Shown: positions 27,931 through 39,300 of the stretch, one piece after another | How positions within the stretch are numbered: the stretch's first letter is position 1 | Layout of the letters: each line of letters begins with the position of its first letter | From: Octopus bimaculoides | Lineage: Eukaryota | Length of the DNA stretch: 63,777 nucleotides | Reading direction: 5' to 3' | NCBI RefSeq assembly: GCF_001194135.2 | Contig: NC_068993.1 | Coordinates: 54,159,199 to 54,222,975, forward strand | The notes under the pieces: model-generated | Seen by the model: only the letters and a program-made list of their open reading frames with translations | Database searches by the model: none | Told to the model about the DNA's origin: nothing | Program-made: the position numbers and the translations under genes

Positions 27931-28562
27931 CTACAATAGATATAAGAATTATTATCATTCAGGTAGTAAACTGGCAGAATTGTTCAAGATTCAGACAAAA
28001 TGCCCAGACAGATGCCTTTAATTTATGGGCGTTTGTTGGGGTCTAATGTCACTCAGACGCTCCGATACCCCACAGAATGCAAGAGAACTAATAGTTCAAC
28101 TAATAATTTTTCAGATAATATAAAACTTGCCACCATTATATACTAATAAGATATTTTAACTGTTTTTTTTTTTAATGTGAGCATGGTAGTTTCATGTTCA
28201 TAAAATGTGCTCAGCGGTCCTTGATGTATAAGTGAAAATCCCAGCACTTTATTGGTTAAACAATACTGTAGAGAGGTAACATAGCGAATCACAATCTTCG
28301 CACGTGTGTAAATTCATAATTATTCAACGCCGTGCCAACCACTGAAGAATCTTGTCTCGTGATTCGGTTTATTGGGTGATATTCCCAGATTGATTCACGA
28401 TTGACGATTTGAATTTCAGGAACAATGAATTGCGGTCCCGCTGGTCTTCCATGTGCCATTCTGATCAATTTAGAAGTAAATAATATCCTGTATTTTATGC
28501 TGTTTAACAGTAAGGTGATTTATGTCGCTTTACTAGTTATCTCCCACTTAATTTTTGGTCCA

Positions 28563-29024
28563 GATGGACTATATGTAATCTGAACCTTTCCCCCTTGTTT
28601 TATTTTATTTTTTTTACGGAATCCCACGTTTTAGGCTATGGAGATTCCGATTCTGAAAAAATTTTTTTCAAAAATCTCAATTTCAAAATTTCGATCCCNN
28701 NNNNNNNNNNNNNNNNNNNNNNNNNNNNNNNNNNNNNNNNNNNNNNNNNNNNNNNNNNNNNNNNNNNNNNNNNNNNNNNNNNNNNNNNNNNNNNNNNNNN
28801 NNNNNNNNNNNNNNNNNNNNNNNNNNNNNNNNNNNNNNNNNNNNNNNNNNNTCCCCCTTGTTTTATTTTATTTTTTTTACGGAATCCCACGTTTTAGGCT
28901 ATGGAGATTCCGATTCTGAAAAAATTTTTTTTCAGAATCGGAATCTCCATAGCCTTAAACGTGGGATTCCGTAATAAAAAATTAATAAATAAGGGGGGGG
29001 GGTTCAAATTACATATAGTCCATC
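28563..29024. mobile_element. Foldback/palindromic non-autonomous element; second copy 42490-42957
   Basis: Ends GATGGACTATATGTAATCTGAACC / GGTTCA(A/G)ATTACATATAGTCC(A/G)TC. Internal ~75-bp-arm palindrome centred near 28924. Both copies contain N gaps. Confidence 0.75.
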
Positions 29025-30637
29025 TCTACCTTTATAACTAAATATTATTAGGAATTGTATAAAAATTGTTAAAATATTTAGTGTATTGTAGAAGAAAACC
29101 CGTTTATTGCAGATAGATTTTAACAAAATCTTATATGGACCCCAAAGGGCCATTTAGACACCGTTTGAGAACCACTGAGAAACTATCTGAAAGGCATTTG
29201 TAGAACACTGCATTAAAAAATACCCATTTTTTCCCTCTAAAAGTTACGAAGAAACAAAATCGGAAGAGCACACTTGAGTAGGTATACCGTTACCAATGTC
29301 ATTTGTCCTTACATTTTTTTAAGACGGTATGGTACGATTTGAAAAGAGATTTCGTTGCAATTTCGAACGATCACGTAGAAAAATGCCCTAAAAACTAGTG
29401 CACACAAACGAAACAATAATATAAGAAATTGAGCAGAATCTAGGTGTTTAGTACGGTGATACTGGATTTATAATCTTGCCAGTGTATTTAGTTACTCAAA
29501 GTAAACAAAAATTCAATCCTTGTTCGCAGTTCTATATCTAAGAGATGAGGAATTATGTACATTATTTACATGTGACGGATATTTGTCTTCATCTTGTTTG
29601 TTGTTAACCCTCCAGCCTTCATCAAGTGTCTTGGGAAAATTTCAAACCTGGGTTCTCATTCCTAAGGTATTTTTCAATGTTCGCATCTCAGAACATTCAA
29701 TATATGCGAACAATGAGACGAAAGTTCTATTGCGACCAGGAACTCACGTAATTCGCAATTTTCTTTCAAATAATCGTTATGTCTATATCAACAATTTATT
29801 TCAATGTATTCATTTTTAGATAAAACTGAGGAAACAATAACAGCAACAGATAAAGAAAACAGTTAACCCCTCTCAAATCATACCTTGCCCTCTAAAAAAA
29901 AAAACAGAAAGGTGATATTGAATTATGCAATCCTAAATAAACAATATTGGAAACAAGATGGATAGGTCATGGCCGGAATCCCTTTGAATGTCAAACCAAA
30001 GGGATCTGGGCTAAACAACAAGTTTGATAGTGAACATTTTACGAGTGAAATAATTAAATGAAACATAAAATGAGAAATGTTTTGCTTTACCGTTGTATTT
30101 TAGTTGATAAAGTTCGAATTTGTTTTAAACGAGAAATAAAAACTCGATTCAAGGACAAAATACTATAAGTCGCCATCATTATCGACTTGTATCAGAAGTA
30201 ATTAGTTTTTACATCACAAGGATAACATATACTTTTCCCTTTCAATTAACGAACGAAAACAAAACCTCAAATTCTTTTCAATACACGGCGTGACTTAAGA
30301 ATGAACAGCATTAATTGGAAGAGGCTTTAAATATGTCTGGGTTGTCTGCCCTTAATATACAGAGTATCTGTCAGCTGTCGAGTCCTCCCGTCTCTTTTGG
30401 GATTGAGTTCACTGGAAGCTTATATATTTACTAGGCGCATTGGTAAACCGTTTGGGATCTTTACATTTTGGCCGGTACATTTAAAAAATAATTTTTTGTA
30501 ACTAAGTGAAATTATTTTCGTTTAGTTTTTGCTTGTAATTTGAATTGGGTTCAGTCTACAGCTGCATTGTGGCTTATCCTCAGTTCTGCGATTGTGGGTA
30601 ACCACAAGCTTTCTTTTCCAGCTTGTTTACATACTGC

Positions 30638-30747
30638 GTGTGGAGGCGCAATGGCCCAGTGGTTAGGGCAGCGGACTCGCGGTCATAGCATCGCGGTTTC
30701 AATTCCCAGACCGGGCGTTGTGAGTGTTTATTGAGCGAAAACACCTA
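30638..30747 (+). mobile_element. tRNA-derived SINE head, family C (weaker relative at 18985-19045)
   Basis: GGAGGCGCAATGGCCCAGTGGTTAGGGCAGCGG..GGTTTCAATTCCCAG has A and B boxes but continues into non-tRNA sequence without a proper acceptor stem. Confidence 0.75.
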
Positions 30748-32429
30748 NNNNNNNNNNNNNNNNNNNNNNNNNNNNNNNNNNNNNNNNNNNNNNNNNNNNN
30801 NNNNNNNNNNNNNNNNNNNNNNNNNNNNNNNNNNNNNNNNNNNNNNNNNNNNNNNNNNNNNNNNNNNNNNNNNNNNNNNNNNNNNNNNNNNNNNNNNNNN
30901 NNNNNNNNNNNNNNNNNNNNNNNNNNNNNNNNNNNNNNNNNNNNNNNNNNNNNNNNNNNNNNNNNNNNNNNNNNNNNNNNNNNNNNNNNNNNNNNNNNNN
31001 NNNNNNNNNNNNNNNNNNNNNNNNNNNNNNNNNNNNNNNNNNNNNNNNNNNNNNNNNNNNNNNNNNNNNNNNNNNNNNNNNNNNNNNNNNNNNNNNNNNN
31101 NNNNNNNNNNNNNNNNNNNNNNNNNNNNNNNNNNNNNNNNNNNNNNNNNNNNNNNNNNNNNNNNNNNNNNNNNNNNNNNNNNNNNNNNNNNNNNNNNNNN
31201 NNNNNNNNNNNNNNNNNNNNNNNNNNNNNNNNNNNNNNNNNNNNNNNNNNNNNNNNNNNNNNNNNNNNNNNNNNNNNNNNNNNNNNNNNNNNGTACCTCT
31301 TTCATTCTTTTAAATATATTTGTGTAGGAATTGCCAATTTCTTCTTCGTGCCCTTAATTATTAGTGCAGCTTTTTTTTTTCTTTTTCTATACTTCTCTGC
31401 CTGTACTGCTGCCAGGATCGATAAATTAAGTACTAGTCGCTTACGAGGGTCGATCTAATCGACTGGTCCCCTCCTCCAAAATTTCAGAACTTGTGTCTAG
31501 ACTACAAAAAAAAAAAAAAAAAAAAAATTGATTCAATCACTATTTGTATCTTTCAATGAAAGATACAATGCTTTGAAATTTGTTGCCCTTTGGAACGACT
31601 TACATAATTTCGACCTCTGTCTGAACTGTGTGTGTACTTCCCTGTAATGAATGTTACATTTGCTTTTCAAAGTGTAATGTATCCTGCTTGTATCTTTCAA
31701 TGTATCCTGCATTAAAATTGATGTAATCTTTATCCGTTTTTGTTTTTCTTTTTGTTTACATTGTGTGCATGCCTTGTTATGGGTTATGTTAGGGTTAGAG
31801 CTATGGTTTAGAATTAGCATCAGATAGTATGCTAAAGTTTAAATGGCCACATATACTGTATGCTAAAGTGGCACTAAAGATTTATTGAAACAGTTTACCT
31901 ATCAGAAATTAAGTCGTGAAACGGTTAGCAGTGTCAACACACTTCACATTTCTATGTTTCTGCAGGCAATGAAATAAAATACTAGATAAGGAGTGGGTTG
32001 ATATAGTTGACAAATGATGTCCTCCTATGAAATTTTTGGCTTTGTACCTTTGTTAGAAATTCTTGTTAGTACTATTATATAGTGCGAGCAAGAGAAAAAA
32101 TGATGTTCAGAGAACATCTGCAGGCTTTCTTAAACTGTTAATATGAATGTAGATGATGTCTTTTTTCAACTTCTGTAAATTGTCTGATGAGAAGGTGATT
32201 ACGTGTGGAGGTTGCCATTCTGGAGAGAAATGATTGGATAAAATATTTAGTATAAGGTCTGAGCTGTGAGACATGTTAAAGATGATGATGTGGGCTCAGT
32301 TTGATATTGTATACAGCTTATTAATTTACAAGAATAATAGCAGGTGTTAGGGGTTTTTTTCTGTTTTATTTTAATAATTTGGCTGGATACAGGGGGCTGT
32401 ATCCTTGGCTTTTGCATTCCTTCTGAGAC

Positions 32430-33245
32430 AACCTAGCTAAAACCAAAGTCCTAATAAGTAGGAAGGTAGAAAAAACACAAACCCCTTCAGGTAGATGGCC
32501 CTGCTCGATCTGTAGAAAAGGCGTAGGTAGAAACTCTATAAGATGCACCCAGTGCAAGCTATGGACACATAAGAGGTGCAGTAATATCAAAGGAAGGTTA
32601 ACTAGGAAGTTAGTTTTTGTATGTAGATGTTCAGGAGCAATAAACACTGTAAATGTGCAGAAAACAACTTCTGCCACATTCCAGGGAGAAAAACTAGACG
32701 TAGTTGATAGCTTCCGAAAGTGTAGCTGCTAGAATAAGAATAGCCTGGGCAAAGTTCAGAGAGNNNNNNNNNNNNNNNNNNNNNNNNNNNNNNNNNNNNN
32801 NNNNNNNNNNNNNNNNNNNNNNNNNNNNNNNNNNNNNNNNNNNNNNNNNNNNNNNNNNNNNNNNNNNNNNNNNNNNNNNNNNNNNNNNNNNNNNNNNNNN
32901 NNNNNNNNNNNNNNNNNNNNNNNNNNNNNNNNNNNNNNNNTAGGCTCGCAAGGAATGAAGCCAGTATGCTCTGATGGATGTGTAAAGTCAGTGTGCATAC
33001 TAGACAGAGTGTTAGTACCTTGAGAGAAAAGTTGAACTTCCGAAGCATCAGTTGTGGTGTGCAAGAGAGACGATTGCGCTGGTATGGTCATGTAGCAAGA
33101 ATGGATGAGGATAGCTGTGTGAAAAAGTGCCACACCCTAGCAGTTGAATGAACCTGTGGAAGAGGTAGGCCCAGGAAGACCTGGGATGAGGTGGTGAGGC
33201 ACGACCTTTGAACATTGGGCCTCACCGAGGTGATGATTTCTGACC
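32430..33245 (+). mobile_element. RTE-clade LINE ORF fragment including a PHD-like Cys/His finger
   Basis: NLAKTKV..WPCSICRKGVGRNSIRCTQCKLWTHKRCSNIKG..ARIRIAWAKFRE..RWYGHV..GRGRPRKTWDEVV, with frameshifts and a gap. Confidence 0.87.
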
Positions 33246-33741
33246 GTATGTGTTGAAGTTGATATTTTGTTAGTCAACATGTGAATACTGAAGAATATAT
33301 ATGAATCCTTTATATAAAAATGTGACAGTTGTTGACAGGAAGAGCATCCAATCATAAAATCTTACCCCAGAACCAATTCATGTTCATGTGTGATAGCATG
33401 CAAAAAAACCTATGTTAAACAAATGAACAAATATGAAATGATTCTCTGCCGCTTCTCTAGACCAAGCTATTATTTTGTAATGTCAACTAGATACCAATCT
33501 TCTTACATCATCTAGATGTTACTCTCTGTCAGTAAAATACTTTCCATCAAGGCCCAACATCAAAGAACTTTCTAAATCATATCGGCAGAGTTAAAATAAT
33601 GAAAAAAATGCAGACAGAACATGAAACATGAATTTTACTTATATTTATAGACATACAAACAGTGCTCCAGCATGGCCACAATCAAATGACATAAGTGAAA
33701 GCATATAAAAACAAAACAAATCTTAAAACCTTTACTCAATT

Positions 33742-36347
33742 TCACTTCTTTTTATTGCCAAACTTAGATTTTGACTTGGATGAAAGTCTTTTGCCTTTTG
33801 GCTTCTTAGATACAAATTTCTTGTTCATTCTTGAGAAATTCTCTTTCTTTTTCTGTGACAATACAGACATTTTGCTTTTCTTAGAGTCAGATTTCTTTTG
33901 GGCTGGACTATCATCTTTCTTAAATCTTTTGCTTTTTGTAGCAGCTTTAAAATCACTTTTCCTCTTTTTAGAAAACAGTTCTGAAAAATAAAATAAAGTC
34001 AAATGTTATTATTTTGTCAAAAGAAAAATACTTGAAAAAAATATTTCACATTTTGGTTATTAGTGCATTTGGAGAATCAGAAGAAAAGGGAACTCTGGGC
34101 AAGAAATGGATTTTTCAATATTGATAAGAATCATTTTAAATTTCGCCACAAGCCCAGCAATTCTAGGAAAAAGGAGTTATATTTTATTGAGTACAAAAGG
34201 GAGGCTGACCATGACAGAATTTGAACTTAGAACATAATGAGTTGGTAGAGATGTTGTTAGGCATTTTGTGTGATGTGCCCACATCAACATTGATGTCATC
34301 TTTCTGCCCAATGAAACTCGACTCTTTATGCTTGTTTCATCTGCATAGTCTATTGGAAATCTACTCATCAGGTGCCTGGGGTCATAATTCCTTAAAAATT
34401 AATGCATTGAAAGTCTAAGACATTGGCTAACCTCAACCTGATTTAGCCGGCCTAAGAATGTTTGATATTTTGCAGACATACGAGATCTGGATGCTTGTAA
34501 AATGTACTGAAAAGAAAGTAGCAAAACAGTCACCTCATGGTACCCCATAGCTTCAGAACATGAACTTCTACAAATCACAAACAGACGGCAGACCCCCTGT
34601 GGCAAATGGGGTATCATGCTTCTTTGTGACAATGAAATACTGACACTTTGATAGTTTCCTCATTCACAACAAGACAGAACTTGAAGCCATGTGGTTGGAA
34701 AGCAAGCTCCTTACCACACAGCCATGCCTGCACCTATATATATATGAATATATTCAAATTCTATTTAGACCAACGTCTCTCCAATAACATCCTGATTTGT
34801 TCCAGTAGACACAACTGAAAATACTTCATGTTTTCATCCATGACATTCAACAAAACTTCATTTTATAGCAATAGATGAAGAGATCAAACAAGAAGGCTGG
34901 TTGTAGATAGATTTTTCTAATTAACTAATGAAGTTAATTAGAGAGAGAAAGTTTGGAAAGCAAAAGAAAGTTGTTGAAGTACAGATTGTAAATTTGATCA
35001 AATGATCCAGGAGATAAAAAAAAAACAAAAAGAACACCCAGTTATTAAATCCAACTCCCCTAAATTGACAATATTAAGAGACCACACCTGGTTCTGGTTC
35101 AGCCTGGACCTCTTGTCTGTAGTATTCAATATCATCTTCTTCCACATCTTCATCTAGTTCTTTTGAGAGATTGTCTTCATTAGCTAAAAAACCACAGAAA
35201 TAAAAAACAATTCACAAAGAAGGGAAATGGAAATGTAGACGTAGCAGAAAAGTTGGAGCCTAATATTTGCTTCCTGATCTTTTAAGTTCAGTTCTTCCTA
35301 CCAATGCACATAATTTAAATAGAGAAAAGGAGTTCTTTGGTTTTTTACAGAATAACCCTTCTGTTACCAACTTGCATGAGACCACTCTGATTCTATGATA
35401 CAAAGCTCCGGTTTCAAAGTGATCTATTTTAAAAACCTTTCATGTTAATTTATGTTTCAAACACCAGCTTAATAACATCATTTTACCATTAGCTTCAAAA
35501 ACACCAGAAAAGGGAGGCAAAACGCAGTGTAGAATGTAATGCAGCAGAGCAACTCCTGCCAGCATTACAAAAAAAAAAAAAATAATAATAATAAAAACGC
35601 CCCATCATTTACCTTCAGTGCTTTCCTCTTTCAGCTGCTTTGCTTTCTCCATTCCCTTCAACGATTTCTTTTTATGATCTTCCTTCAACTTGGCCTTCCT
35701 GATGACATTTTCATGTTGTTGCTTCTTACGCATTTCTTTCAGTTTACTGAAACAAAAGAAAAAAGAAATTTAAAACAAAAATGCCAATACCATCATTTAT
35801 TTATAGCTTAGAGCAGTGTTTCTCAACCATTTTTTGTCTTCGATTCCCATCTTACTCTTCTGGATTCATTAAATATTAAAAAAAATTCCTATGGTATTTT
35901 TACAATCATCATCATCGTTTAACGTCCACTTTCCATGCTAGCATGGGTTGGATGATTTGACTGAGGACTGGTGAACCAGGTGGCTGCACCAGGCTCCAAT
36001 CTGATTTGGCAGAGTTTCTACAGCTGGATGCACTTCCTAACGCCAACCACTCCGAGAGTGTAGTGGGTGCTTTTACGTGCCACCGGCACTGGCAACGGCC
36101 ACGCTCAAAATGGTGTCTTTTAGGTGCCACCTGCACAGGAGCCAGTCCAGAGGCACTAGGAATTGTATGAAAAGCTTGTCAAAATCACTCCTTAAGAGAT
36201 TAATTCTAGCACTTAATGGATGTTTGAGTCACAAACGCTATTCTGTTACATGTCTTGCATCTATCTGTGTAATGCATTCATTATATGTGCATAAATATAT
36301 TTGCCCTTACAGGTTTAAGATACGAGTGTAATGTTGGTTTATCTATG

Positions 36348-36386
<39 letters not shown>

Positions 36387-39300
36387 CCATTTGAGCGTGG
36401 CCGTTTCCAGTACCGCCTGACTGGACCTTGTGCCGGTGGCACGTAAAAGCACCTACTACACTCTCGGAGTGGTTGGCATTAGGAAGGGCATCCAGCTGTA
36501 GAAACTCTGCCAAATCAGATTGTAGCCCAGTGCAGCCATCTGGTTCGCCAGTCCTCAGTCAAATCATCCAACCCATGCTAGCATGGAAAGCAGACGTTAA
36601 ATGATGATGACATATATATCAATTAGCGTAGCAATTAGATGAAATTTCACATGTATGTTTATTTGCACACTCATACAGTGAATCAACACCATTGCTTATT
36701 ACTATGAAATCTTACATTTTACATAGATATAGAGTACATAAGATAAAAAGGGATAGAAATTTAATAACAATTTTCAAGAAATAAGAAGTTAAGGGAGCAA
36801 AGACCAGAAATGAAAATAATTAAAATTTGGACAAACCGTTTAGCTTCTCTCCTTTTTTCTGCAGCTTTCACTTCTTGAGGTGTTTTACTTTTAAAATTAT
36901 GAAAGAGTACATCTCCACCACAAACACCTTCTTCAATTTTTTCCAACTGGAGTGTCATTCTTGGACCTAACTCTGTTAATCTGAAAATAAAGGAAAAGAA
37001 ATCAGTTACCAAAAACAGCAGGGTGTGGTAATTACTAACAGAAAGTTATTGCATAAAAAGTGGTCTAAAGATTAGCAAAAGACAAAATAAGAATCTATAC
37101 CATCTAGATGAGATCTTGGGTAATGTGTAAGAGCAAGCAGAAATTCAATAGCTTGCCGAGTGCAACTTACAAATATTGAAGAGCAAAACCCATTATATTT
37201 CAACTGGTTGGACACCAGTAGTCAAAGGATACACACACCATTTCAGATTTGACAGCATTAATCCAAATAGTATCAGGTTAAAATATTACCAAAATTTCAA
37301 AAGCAGAAATTTTCTTTGGTGTTCTTTTTGCCCAGGGAAAAAAAAAAAAAAAAAAAAGGTGAAGATTCCATTAAGTCACTGAAGACACCAAGTTTAAGAA
37401 ACATGTATTGGAAGTGAACCATTAAATTCATAAGTTGGTCACTAAAAGCAAAAATATGGTGCAATTCTTTTTAGAACATTTGTAGTTTTTATGTCAACCT
37501 CTCACTGAAGTCTAATGACAGTTCTCTTTGATAGAAGAAGCATTAGTGAGAAGTTAATATTGGTTTCAAATTTTGGCACAAGGCCAGCAATTTGGAGGGG
37601 GGGGGCTACGTCAATTACATCAACTCCAGCACTCAACTAGTGCTTATTTTACTGACTCTGAAAAGATGAAAAATGAAGTTGACCTCAGTGGAATTTGAAC
37701 TCAGACAAACAAAATGCCATTAAGCATTTTGCCCAGCATGCTAACAATTCTGCCAACCTGCCATCTTGAGAAGTTGATATTAATAGGACAAGGTTTAATG
37801 GATTTGTAAGAGTAGCGGATAAATACACATTAAAACTAAATGGAAATTATTGATAGATAAAATAATGGCTAATGAGAACACCTTAGATCCAGGTGACTAG
37901 TTCTGGCTAGAATCTATACAAAGGATAGTATTTTGGTTATTCTGTGATACGTTATCAAATGCTTTTTACCCCTCCATAATCCAAGGATGTTGATTCTTAC
38001 AGAGAAAATAACAAGATCAATTGTGATATGCTTTATGGAAAACCTACCTAGCACATAATAGCATACTGATGAATATTACAATCAATAATTTTTCAATGTC
38101 AGTTTACCTGATGGCACTTTTTTTCGCTATTTTATTTCCAACACCAGACACATTCTGAGGTAGTACAACCTCATTTTGGGGACCATCAAATTCAGCTTCA
38201 CTTTCAGACAGATTTCCACCACTAAAAATACATTGCAAATTTAAAAGACAATTAAAAAGGTAAAATAAATTTAATCATCATCATCGTTTAATGTCAGTTT
38301 CCCATGCTGGCATGGATTGGACGGATTGACTGGGATCTGGGAATCAAGGAGGCTGCACCAGGCTCCAGTCTGATCTGGCAAGATTTCTACAGCTGGATGC
38401 CCTTCCTAACGCCAACCACTCCGAGAGTGTAGTAGGTGCTTTTTTTTAATGTACCACCAGCACAGGGACAGAAGGGGACTGAATCCCACCTAAAACAAAC
38501 TTTAAATCCTTGGCAGATTTTGTGAAAGTACAGACTAAGTTCCCTTTGTTCCAAAGAGACTTTTAACACTTAATGAATACATTTCATGCTTGTTTCAGTA
38601 ATGATGTTAAATATCCATCAAAAGACATAATTGGTATTTTCTGACAATGAAATTCATAGTGGAATTAATTGGGAGTTTGAAGTCCTAAAAAAGACTGAGA
38701 TGAGCTCATGCAGTTATGGACTCACTGGACCAGGGTGTTTGGTGCTGCCATTATCTGTGCAGCAGGACAAAGGTTCAGATCTTTAGGCATCTGAACATCT
38801 GAGACTTGGACACCATCCAGGGCCCTTAGGAGCTGCCTGAACTCTAGTACCACGATTACCATTGGTTGGACTTCGTACCCAATCAATGACTACTTAGGTG
38901 AGATGTATCCTGTTACGCAATACCATCGTTAGTTTAATGTCCATCTCGTTAGTATGGTACAGGGTTAATCTCTTTAGTTAAGCAGGCACTGAAAAGTTTA
39001 GGGCTTTAAGGGTATTGCAAAAGGCCTGGTTGGAGGCCCAACTTTCCAAGTTCTTTTACAGATCTTAGAAAAACTGAAGGACCACTGCATTAAGTGTGTG
39101 AATCAGAGGGGAATACATTGAATAAAATCATAATTAACTGATCCTCCTGTATTTTCTTTCACATAAAGCCAGGAACTTCTCGGTTCCCCTCATACATTTC
39201 TTTTCTTTCATCTCTAAAATGTACCTTTAGTAACATACTTCCTATTCTCACACAAGCTTTGAAATCTGCTTTGCTAATTGTATACTGAGCACACTACACA

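Noticed and set aside
30638-30715. tRNA-like sequence
   Set aside because: A and B boxes are present but there is no closed acceptor stem, and it runs into SINE body sequence, so it is a SINE head rather than a tRNA gene.
30290-32300. Possible unannotated plus-strand gene between GATB and PPAN (CpG-richer patch, scattered splice-like sites)
   Set aside because: No consistent open exon chain or recognisable protein motif could be built.
35545-35577. 33-nt hairpin followed by ACA on the minus strand near a PPAN donor
   Set aside because: Only one hairpin and no room for a 5' hairpin or H box, so not a metazoan H/ACA RNA.
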